A stretch of 64,000 bases of DNA, from assembly GCA_963794325.1 (NCBI GenBank), contig CAWCDG010000004.1:1664001-1728000 (forward strand), in the 5' to 3' direction. The number at the start of each line of letters is the position of its first letter. Position 1 is the first letter of the stretch. Below the pieces are notes generated by a model, which did no database searches, was not told the origin of the DNA, and saw only the letters and a list, made by a program, of their open reading frames with translations. Both the position numbers and the translations under genes were made by a program. Source of the stretch: an uncultured delta proteobacterium (GTDB lineage Bacteria; Desulfobacterota; Binatia; Binatales; Binataceae). This document shows, piece by piece, positions 49,351-57,289 of this stretch.

Positions 49351-49812
49351 CTACGCTCCGCCTCCGGGGGCCGGCGCGCCGCCGCCTCCTGGAGGTAGCG
49401 AAGAGACTGCTATTGCGATTGCTTCGGCACCTGCCGACTTTGCAAGGTCAAGGATACGAACCATATCTCCCAGTATAACCTTTGGGTCGCCCTGGAAAAT
49501 CACAATCTTGTCGGTCGAATTCTGCAAGGCATCATGAAGCTGCGGCACCAGCTCGGCCTCAGTGACCTGCTTGTCGTTGAGGTACACCAGATGCTCCGCC
49601 GTATACGTGACGATGATGCCCTTGGGCTTGTCGGTGGTCGTAGTTTGATCATTGGCTTTCGGTAAATCGACGTGCGCCGCCGATTCGATCGTCACTGCCG
49701 TGGTCACCATGAAGATGATCAGCAGGACGAGAAAAATATCGGTCAGCGGGGTGATATTGATATCGGCAAATACCCCGCCGCCTTTGTTCTTAGTCATTTT
49801 TCCTTTTGCCAT
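49351..49812 (-). CDS. exbD: ExbD/TolR family protein
   Basis: DINITPLTDIFLVLLIIFMVT, VDLP and FQGD motifs. Confidence 0.92.
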   Translation of the reverse strand: MAKGKMTKNKGGGVFADINITPLTDIFLVLLIIFMVTTAVTIESAAHVDLPKANDQTTTTDKPKGIIVTYTAEHLVYLNDKQVTEAELVPQLHDALQNSTDKIVIFQGDPKVILGDMVRILDLAKSAGAEAIAIAVSSLPPGGGGAPAPGGGA

Positions 49813-49836
49813 GCGCAATACCTCAGCGGATGCCGA

Positions 49837-50286
49837 TCAACTTCCACCACCGGAGGGGTTGTTGGCTAATTGCGCGCCGGTCACCCGCTTGGCCGCGATT
49901 GCAATTTGTTCGGCGCCGGCTTGTTTGGCGATTCCGAGAATCCGCACCATGTCGCCGAGCAGCACTTTGCGATCGCCCTGGAAGACGACGATCTTCTGAT
50001 CGACCTTGGCCAGCGCCTCGCTCAAGGCGGACTTGAGTTCGCGCTCGGGCACGTCCTTCGAGTTCACGAACAGCTCGTGCTGTGCGGTGTAGGTTACGAT
50101 GACGCCCTTGTTTTCGGGCGCGGTGTTGGTTGCGTTAGGCAGATCGACGTGTGCGGCGGACTCGATGGTGACGGAAGTCGTCACCATGAAGATGATCAGC
50201 AGAACCAGGAAGATGTCGGTCAGCGGCGTGATATTGATGTCGGCGAATACCCCGCCTTCGCTGCCATGAGGTCCGCTAATTGCCAC
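49837..50286 (-). CDS. exbD: ExbD/TolR family protein
   Basis: Same DINITPLTD motif; overlaps the exbB stop. Confidence 0.92.
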   Translation of the reverse strand: MAISGPHGSEGGVFADINITPLTDIFLVLLIIFMVTTSVTIESAAHVDLPNATNTAPENKGVIVTYTAQHELFVNSKDVPERELKSALSEALAKVDQKIVVFQGDRKVLLGDMVRILGIAKQAGAEQIAIAAKRVTGAQLANNPSGGGS

Positions 50287-50917
50287 GCGCTTGTCTCCCT
50301 TGGAGTGCGGCGTCGATCAGACGGTCGTCGTTGATGTGCTGGATCGCGCTGATGTTCTCAACCTTGACCGAAAAATAGTTGTAGAAAATAACCGCGACGA
50401 TCGCGACCGCGAGTCCGAGCGCAGTCGAAATCAATGCTTCCGAAATACCGGCCGCGACGACCGAGAAACCGCCGGTACCCATGATTGCCATCGACTGGAA
50501 CGCCACCAGAATACCGACGACCGTGCCGAACAGCCCGATGAACGGTGCCGATGCGCCCGCAGTCGCGAGTACCCAGATGTAGCGCTTGAACTCGAGGCCT
50601 TCCTGATAGCGCCGCTCGTCGTCGAGCTCGAGCAGATGGTCGCGGTCCATCGTCTGCGCGCCCGAAATCAGCGTGTGGAAGATACGCTCGGCCGCCGTCG
50701 CGCGAGCCTGCGTCGCTTGCAGTGCTTCGTTGAACTTGCCCTGACGCAGTTGCGGGATCAGGCCGTCGGCCAGCTTGGCCGTTCTCGGTCCTACGCCCCA
50801 TAGCGCCCACACGCGCTCGAAAATGATTGCGAGGCATACGACCGAAATGAAGAGCAGGGGATACGTCGCATAGTATCCCTGCTGGATCATACCCAGAATT
50901 CCGAATTGGCTTTGCAT
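50276..50917 (-). CDS. exbB: MotA/TolQ/ExbB proton channel
   Basis: APFIGLFGTVVGI and GISEALISTALGLAVAI motifs. Confidence 0.93.
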   Translation of the reverse strand: MQSQFGILGMIQQGYYATYPLLFISVVCLAIIFERVWALWGVGPRTAKLADGLIPQLRQGKFNEALQATQARATAAERIFHTLISGAQTMDRDHLLELDDERRYQEGLEFKRYIWVLATAGASAPFIGLFGTVVGILVAFQSMAIMGTGGFSVVAAGISEALISTALGLAVAIVAVIFYNYFSVKVENISAIQHINDDRLIDAALQGRQARGN

Positions 50918-51326
50918 CTCTTATCCTCTCAAGATTGATATAGATTGAGCGGCGAAAATTTGGCCCCGCCCGAACCGTTGCGATAACTGCCCCAAAATGC
51001 CTCTACGGTCGTCCCTGACCCGGTCGCTAGTCCAATTTTTACGAAATTGGATTCCCACCAGCCGGTCAAAGCTACCGATGGCGCGGAAAGTCTGAATGCA
51101 ACAATGGAAAGTATTTGTCAAGAGTCGCTGCGCGGAAGCAAAAATTTTGACCCCTCGGTCCACGATTGCGAATGGCATTTGGCGGCTTCCCACGCCGTGC
51201 CACGTTGCAATCCTCGCGCCCCCTCGGCTAGCGAGGTCGGGCTACCATTTAAATCTAGTCTTGTTGCCATGCTTGCGACTAGCCTAAACGGGGTGGCCGG
51301 CGGTACGACGCGCACTGCTCCTCGCC

Positions 51327-51355
51327 TTGACTACTCGCCCACTCTCGTCTATCCA
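51327..51355 (+). promoter_or_regulatory. Possible sigma70 promoter
   Basis: TTGACT-N17-TATCCA upstream of the lipoprotein gene. Confidence 0.3.
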
Positions 51356-51420
51356 GAAGCTTGCCACAGCATGCTTGCAGCAGGGTTTGACCGCGATGCG
51401 GTCTTTGTTTTTTTGGGCGA

Positions 51421-52041
51421 TTGAAGCTTTTGAGAAATCTGCAGCCACTACCTAATCAGACGTTGAACAGGCCCGCTCTCTTCATATGTGCGGCGCTGCT
51501 AGGCGCGTGCTTACTAGGATTCGCAGCCTGCAAAGCGACGCCAGTAGCGGCTCCCATCGCGCCCCCGCCTGTGCAAGCCGCCACCGGCCCCACCGACGAG
51601 GCCAGCCAGGCGTTGCCGAAAGATCTGTACCCCTCTATGCCCATCTATCCGGGCGCCAAGATCGAGCACGTCCGCAAGCCCAAGGGTGCGATGCGCGAAA
51701 TCATGTTCAGCTCGGACGCCCAGATGCAGCAGATGGTCGCCTACTACAAGGAGCAGCTGAAGAAGAACGACTTTCACATCACGTCGTCGCTCATCATGCC
51801 GGCACGCAAAACGTGGTCATGCGACTTCCATTACAACGGGCGCCCCGGCAGCATCATGCTCTATCCGAGCGATCAGGATAAGACGAAAATGACGATCGAT
51901 CTCATCTACGAGCTGCCCGCGCACGTGGATGAATCGCTGATGGAACCCAAGGAAGAATTCGATATAGAAGGACCGGGCGAACTGGCCCAGCAGGCACCGA
52001 GTACAAATCCAAATCCAAGCGAGAAGGCAAAGAGGAACTAG
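51421..52041 (+). CDS. Hypothetical lipoprotein
   Basis: Lipobox FAAC, Pro/Ala linker and PIYPGA..AYYKEQLKKNDF; start position uncertain. Confidence 0.7.
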   Translation: MKLLRNLQPLPNQTLNRPALFICAALLGACLLGFAACKATPVAAPIAPPPVQAATGPTDEASQALPKDLYPSMPIYPGAKIEHVRKPKGAMREIMFSSDAQMQQMVAYYKEQLKKNDFHITSSLIMPARKTWSCDFHYNGRPGSIMLYPSDQDKTKMTIDLIYELPAHVDESLMEPKEEFDIEGPGELAQQAPSTNPNPSEKAKRN

Positions 52042-52045
52042 TTAG

Positions 52046-52978
52046 ATGGCACTACTGACAGGCAAAGTTGCGGTAATCACCGGCGCCGGCCGCGGCATCG
52101 GGCGCGAAGAGGCGTTGTTGCTGGCGAAGCACGGCGCCAAGGTCGTCGTGAACGATCTCGGCGGACACTTCGACGGCACCGGGCAATCGCGCTCCCCGGC
52201 CGAGGACGTCGTCAAGGAAATCCGCTCGGCGGGCGGCGAGGCGGTCGCCAACTTCGAGAGCGTCACCGATTTCAAGGCGGCCAAGCGCATCATCGATTGC
52301 GCAATCGATAACTTCGGCAAGCTCAACATCGTGGTGAACAACGCCGGCATCCTGCGCGACCGCATGATCTTCAACATGAGCGAAGAGGACTGGGACGCCG
52401 TCGTCACCGTCCATCTGAAGGGATCGTTCAACGTCGCGCGCCACGCGACCGCGTACTGGCGCGAGCAGCACAAGGCCGGCAACGTGCTCAACGGCCGGCT
52501 CATCAACACCAGCTCCGACTCGGGCATCCTGGGCAATGCGGGACAGAGCAACTACGGCGCTGCGAAAGCGGCAGTGGCTGCGATGGCGATAATCGTGGAC
52601 CGCGAGATGAGCCGCTACGGCGTCACCGCCAATGCGATCGCGCCGGTCGCGCGCACTCGGCTGACAGTCGATGCGACTCCGCAGACCGCCGCCGGCATGG
52701 CGAAGAAAGAAGGTGAGTGGGACGCGTTCACGCCTGCGCACGTCGCGCCGCTGGTTGCGTGGCTCGGCAGCGACGACGCCAAAGACGTTCACGGCGAAGT
52801 CTTCCGCGTCGGCCTGGGCAACGTGTGGCTGATGCGCGGATGGCACACCGGCGCCAAGGTATCGAAGAAGGGCTCGATGTGGGAGCCGGCCGAACTTGGC
52901 ACGAAGCTCAAGGAAGAGCTCGCCAAGGGCGTGACCAAGAAGGAGAGCATGGGCGAGGTGATGGGCGGGGGCGTGTAG
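52046..52978 (+). CDS. SDR oxidoreductase (hydroxyacyl-CoA dehydrogenase/MFE-2-like)
   Basis: TGAGRGIG, VVVNDLG, NNAGILRD and NYGAAK motifs. Confidence 0.93.
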   Translation: MALLTGKVAVITGAGRGIGREEALLLAKHGAKVVVNDLGGHFDGTGQSRSPAEDVVKEIRSAGGEAVANFESVTDFKAAKRIIDCAIDNFGKLNIVVNNAGILRDRMIFNMSEEDWDAVVTVHLKGSFNVARHATAYWREQHKAGNVLNGRLINTSSDSGILGNAGQSNYGAAKAAVAAMAIIVDREMSRYGVTANAIAPVARTRLTVDATPQTAAGMAKKEGEWDAFTPAHVAPLVAWLGSDDAKDVHGEVFRVGLGNVWLMRGWHTGAKVSKKGSMWEPAELGTKLKEELAKGVTKKESMGEVMGGGV

Positions 52979-52982
52979 ATTT

Positions 52983-53504
52983 TTGACCGCTGGGAAGAAA
53001 GCCAAAAGCGCGGCTCCTCGTGAGCCGCGCTTTCGTTCCATCCTGTTTATCTGCGCCGCCAACACCGCGCGCAGCGTGATGGCCGAGCATATCCTGCGTC
53101 GCGAACTCGACGCGCTCGGCTTCGACCACAAGATCGTGATCACGTCCGCGGGCATCGCGCCGTACGCGCGCGACGGTGCGCTGGTCTCGCTCGATACGCG
53201 GATGGCGCTGCGCGAAGTCGGCATCGACATCGGCGACGAAGCGACCTCCACCGATTTGAAGCGTCATCCCGAGATGCTTGAGCAGACTGATCTCATCATC
53301 GCCATGACCGAGCAGCAGGCGCGCGAGCTGGTCGAGCGATTCCCCGGCGCGAAAGAGCGGCCGGTATTCACGCTGCGCTCGTTCGCCGGCGAGCAGGGCG
53401 ATATCGAAGACCCTTACGAGAAGGGCGACCTGGTATTCGCCGAATGCCGCGATGAAATCCACCGACTGGCCCCGACCATCATCGATCGGCTCTTTCACAA
53501 CTAG
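52983..53504 (+). CDS. Low-molecular-weight protein tyrosine/arginine phosphatase family
   Basis: FICAANTARS P-loop, SAG and DIEDPY. Confidence 0.88.
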   Translation: MTAGKKAKSAAPREPRFRSILFICAANTARSVMAEHILRRELDALGFDHKIVITSAGIAPYARDGALVSLDTRMALREVGIDIGDEATSTDLKRHPEMLEQTDLIIAMTEQQARELVERFPGAKERPVFTLRSFAGEQGDIEDPYEKGDLVFAECRDEIHRLAPTIIDRLFHN

Positions 53505-53536
53505 CCTCGGCGCACGTCGCGCGCGATTATGCGACT

Positions 53537-53965
53537 ATGGAATTCACCAATCCGCCTGACGCCGAAATTCGCGCGATCTTGTCGAAGCCGACCACAGTCG
53601 CTGTCATCGGATGCTCCGACAATCCGGCGCGCGACTCACTTCGAATCGCGAAATTGCTGAAGGGCCGCGGTTTCAAGGTGATCCCCGTAAATCCGCAGCT
53701 CGACGCCAACGCACTGCGCGCCGCTCTCGGCGAAAAATGCTACCCCGACCTCGCATCGATTCCCGAGTCTGTCGAGATCGTGGACGTGTTCCGCCGCTCG
53801 GAGTTCGTCCCGCAAATCGTCGAGGACGCGATCGCGAAAGGCGCCCGCGTTCTGTGGTGCCAGCTCGGCGTAATCCACCTCGACGCCGCCCGCCGCGCTA
53901 AACAGGCCGGCATGACAGTCTTGATGGACCGATGCCCGGCAATCGAATACGCGCGCCTGTTCTGA
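53537..53965 (+). CDS. CoA-binding protein (YccU-like)
   Basis: AVIGCSDNP, PVNP, VDVFR, WCQLG and MDRC motifs. Confidence 0.9.
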   Translation: MEFTNPPDAEIRAILSKPTTVAVIGCSDNPARDSLRIAKLLKGRGFKVIPVNPQLDANALRAALGEKCYPDLASIPESVEIVDVFRRSEFVPQIVEDAIAKGARVLWCQLGVIHLDAARRAKQAGMTVLMDRCPAIEYARLF

Positions 53966-53983
53966 GGTGCTTGGGGGAATATT

Positions 53984-54310
53984 ATGACGCGCTGGGAGAG
54001 CAGAACCTTCTACGTGTACATCATGGGCAGCAAGTTTGGTGTTCTGTATATCGGGGTCACAAATAATTTGGAGCGGCGCGTGAGTGAGCATCGCAAAGGA
54101 CTGATTCCCGGATTTACGAAGAAGTATCGTGTCCGGCGGCTCTTATATTTCGAACAGTTCGAAAGAGCGGTGGATGCAATCACTCGTGAGAAACAGCTCA
54201 AAGGATGGAAGCGGGCAAGAAAGCTCGATCTGATCCATTCGATGAACCTTGAGATGGTCGATCTTAGCGCGTGCTGGAGCACGCGAGATTCTTCGCTGCG
54301 CTCAGAATGA
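53984..54310 (+). CDS. Small GIY-YIG nuclease
   Basis: FYVYIM..LYIGVTNNLERRVSEH..FTKKY..AITREKQLKGWKR; visibly lower GC than its neighbours. Confidence 0.92.
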   Translation: MTRWESRTFYVYIMGSKFGVLYIGVTNNLERRVSEHRKGLIPGFTKKYRVRRLLYFEQFERAVDAITREKQLKGWKRARKLDLIHSMNLEMVDLSACWSTRDSSLRSE

Positions 54311-54399
54311 CGGAAGTTATGATGTTCCACGAAATTTCTTTTTTCTGTCTTCGTTTTATCCGTCATCCTGAGCGGAGTCTGCGCAGCGAAGGATCTCGT
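54284..54399. repeat. Family D repeat pair overlapping the GIY-YIG 3' end
   Basis: CGAGATTCTTCGCTGCGCTCAGAATGACGG..CCGTCATCCTGAGCG..GCAGCGAAGGATCTCG. Confidence 0.85.
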
Positions 54400-54461
54400 C
54401 CGCCGCGCAGCGGCGGCGCCGTTGGATTCAACCGACGAGCTGGAATCGGCGGAGGTCGCAC

Positions 54462-55643
54462 ATGCGAATAATCGTGATCGGCGCCGGAATCGGCGGACTC
54501 GCCGCGGCACTCACGCTTCGACGCGCTGGTCTCGATGTTCAGGTCTTCGAGCAGGCCGCCGAATTGCGCGAGGTCGGCGCCGGCATCCAGATAAGTCCCA
54601 ACGCGTCGCGAATCCTACATCGTCTCGGACTCGAGGAGCCGATGAGCCGCATGGGAGTGAGGCCGCACGCGGTTGTCGTCCGGCGATGGGACGACGGGCG
54701 CGAGCTAACCCGGCAGCCTCTCGCCGACGCATACGAACGTAACTTTGGCGCGCCCTACTACAACTTCCATCGCGCCGATCTGCTCGATCTTCTATCAGCG
54801 GCCGTGCCCAAAGCGATGCTGCACCTGGACCATCGATGCGTCGGACTGACCCAGCGTGCGGACCGCGTCGAGGTGCAATTCCATAACGGCGCGACCGCTG
54901 ATGCCGACGTTGTCGTCGGCGCCGACGGCATTCACTCGACGGTGCGCAAAGCCATCATGGGCCCGGAGTCGCCGCGATTTTCGGGACACGTGGCGTATCG
55001 CGGGCTGGTTCCCGCGGATCGGATAGCGCACCTGGGGATGGAGCTTGCGGTCGCCGCATGGTGGGGGCCGGAGCATCATTTCGTCCACTACTATGTCGGC
55101 GCCGGCGCCCGTTACCACAATTGGGTCGCGGTCACTCCCGGCGAATGGCGCGTCGAGTCGTGGACGGCCAAAGGCGAGGTGGCAGACGCGCTCAAGGAGT
55201 TTGATGGATGGCATCCGCGGGTCCGCGAGATCATCGGCGCGGTCGAGACCACCAATCGTTGGGCGCTCTACGACCGCGACCCCCTTCCGCGATGGACCGT
55301 CGGGCGTGTCACGCTGATGGGCGATGCGGCGCATCCGATGCTCCCCTACATGGCGCAAGGCGCGGTGCAATCGATCGAGGACGCCGCGGTGCTGGCGAAA
55401 TGTCTCGAGCGCGCCGATGCGCACGATGTGGACGCGGCGCTCCAGCGCTACGAACAGACGCGCAAGCCGCGCGCATCGCGATGCCAGGAGGGATCGCGCC
55501 GCAACGGCATCATGAACCACCTCGCCGACGGCGAAGAGCAACGAAAGCGCGATGCCAACCTGGCCTCGGCCGCCACCGCTCCGCTGCCTCAGAACGCGTG
55601 GCTTTACGGTCACGACGTCGAAGCCGAATTCGAGCAAAAGTGA
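54462..55643 (+). CDS. FAD-dependent monooxygenase (salicylate hydroxylase-like)
   Basis: GAGIGG, GADGIHS and GDAAHPMLPYMAQG motifs. Confidence 0.92.
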   Translation: MRIIVIGAGIGGLAAALTLRRAGLDVQVFEQAAELREVGAGIQISPNASRILHRLGLEEPMSRMGVRPHAVVVRRWDDGRELTRQPLADAYERNFGAPYYNFHRADLLDLLSAAVPKAMLHLDHRCVGLTQRADRVEVQFHNGATADADVVVGADGIHSTVRKAIMGPESPRFSGHVAYRGLVPADRIAHLGMELAVAAWWGPEHHFVHYYVGAGARYHNWVAVTPGEWRVESWTAKGEVADALKEFDGWHPRVREIIGAVETTNRWALYDRDPLPRWTVGRVTLMGDAAHPMLPYMAQGAVQSIEDAAVLAKCLERADAHDVDAALQRYEQTRKPRASRCQEGSRRNGIMNHLADGEEQRKRDANLASAATAPLPQNAWLYGHDVEAEFEQK

Positions 55644-55665
55644 AATCCGTGGGCGTCGCTGTCAG

Positions 55666-56232
55666 ATGAAGCCGCGCAAATGGAAGACGCTCAGGAGCGA
55701 CGTCGCGTACAGCACGCCGATTTTCGATTTGCATCGGCGGCGCTCGACGCACGCGCGGCGCGGCGAGCGCGACTTCTTCATCCTCGATGCGCCCAACTGG
55801 GTGAATATCATCCCGCTGGCGAAAAACGGCGACGTCGTGATGATTCGGCAATGGCGTCACGGCATCTCGGAGTTCACGCTCGAGGTGCCGGGCGGAATGG
55901 TCGATCCCGAGGATTCGTCGCCATTGCATGCCGCGCGTCGCGAGATGGTCGAGGAGACCGGCTTCGATTCAGACAAGATCGTCGCACTCGGCAAGGTGCA
56001 TCCGAATCCCGCAATCCAGGGCAACATCTGCTTCTCCTTCCTCGCCGAGAACGTGCACGAAGTTTCGCGTGTGGTGTCGCAAGGCGACGAAGAGACCGAG
56101 GTCGTGATGGTCCCGATGCGCGAAATACCCATCCTGATTGCGTCGGGCGATATAATGCATGCGCTGACGATCGCCGCATTTTCATTCCTGCACGTCTATA
56201 ACCCCCCGCCAAAGCGCCGCCGCAAAAAGTAG
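55666..56232 (+). CDS. NUDIX hydrolase (ADP-ribose pyrophosphatase-like)
   Basis: LEVPGGMVDPEDSSPLHAARREMVEETG. Confidence 0.9.
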   Translation: MKPRKWKTLRSDVAYSTPIFDLHRRRSTHARRGERDFFILDAPNWVNIIPLAKNGDVVMIRQWRHGISEFTLEVPGGMVDPEDSSPLHAARREMVEETGFDSDKIVALGKVHPNPAIQGNICFSFLAENVHEVSRVVSQGDEETEVVMVPMREIPILIASGDIMHALTIAAFSFLHVYNPPPKRRRKK

Positions 56233-56244
56233 TTTTCCAATAAC

Positions 56245-56288
56245 TCTGGTTCCCCTTCCCGCTCGGGAAGGGGTTAGGGGTTAGGTTC
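56245..56288 (+). repeat. Family A repeat
   Basis: Near-identical to 12639-12682. Confidence 0.9.
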
Positions 56289-56384
56289 CCCGATTCCACC
56301 ACCGCGCGAATGATTGCCGTCGCATAAGAAACCTCTGCAAGAAAATTCGGCGGCCGCGTTCAAAGAGTCGAGAGGGACGACTCG

Positions 56385-57289
56385 ATGGACGCATTCAGCT
56401 CGAAGCTCAAGCACTGGACTGGCTCATTCGCCGATCCCCGCCTGTTTCAGATTTTCTCGCTGGGCATCTTGCTCGCCGCCGGTGCGTACTTCCGCGATTT
56501 CAGCATCCGTCCATCGCAAGTCTTCCTGACCTTCGCCGCCGGCCTGCTGACGCAGACCGCGTGTTGGACGCTTACCCCGTCGAAGCCGCGCACACTGCGG
56601 AGCGTGTCATCACCTGCCTCAGCCTCACTCTGCTGCTGCGCGCTGATAATCTGATCGCGCATCCGATCGCTGCCGCCGCCGCGATTTTGTCGAAGTCGCT
56701 TTTCCGATTTCGCGGCAAGCACCTCTTCAATCCCGCGACCTTCGGCATCATTTTCGCGATCATCTTTCTCCCCGGCACGTGGGTGTCTCCCGGTCAGTGG
56801 GGCCAGGACTTCGCGATTGCTGGATGGGTCGTGATGCTCGGCATGCTGGTGACGAGTCGCGCGCGCCGCGGCGACATTAGCTGGACGTTCCTCGCGTTCT
56901 ATCTCGGCGCGCTCGCGCTTCGCGTCGAATACCTCGGACAGCGATTCTATGTCTGGACGCATCAGCTCGAGAGCGGCGCGTTGCTGCTGTTCGCATTCTT
57001 TATGATTTCCGATCCGATGACCGGCCCCGACGATCGCCGCGGCAGAATCGCGCACGCCGCTCTGGTCGCCGCGATCGCGTACGCGTGGCAGTTCAGGCTC
57101 TACCACACCAACGGACTCATCTGGGCTCTGTTTATCGCGGCAGTATGCGTTCCGCTTTGGGACGCGATTTGGCCCGCGCGCAAATTCGAATGGACACAAA
57201 ATGGAGGTGGCCATGTTTTATCGACGAATGCGGATTCTCGTTTCGGTGACGTTGACGATCGTCGCGCTTCTGCTCGCCGCGCCGCATGA
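56385..57289 (+). pseudogene. RnfD/NqrB-like membrane protein with a frameshift near 56604 (may be assembly error)
   Basis: Two frames join into DPRLFQI..ITCLSLTLLLR..KHLFNPA..SPGQWG..FFMISDPMT. Confidence 0.7.

Noticed and set aside
51047-51424. 125-aa ORF in the exbB upstream gap
   Set aside because: Atypical composition, no RBS or motifs; more likely regulatory DNA.
12639-56288. Repeats as a CRISPR array or telomere
   Set aside because: Copies are dispersed rather than regularly spaced, there are no cas genes, and TTAGGGG occurs at most twice per unit.
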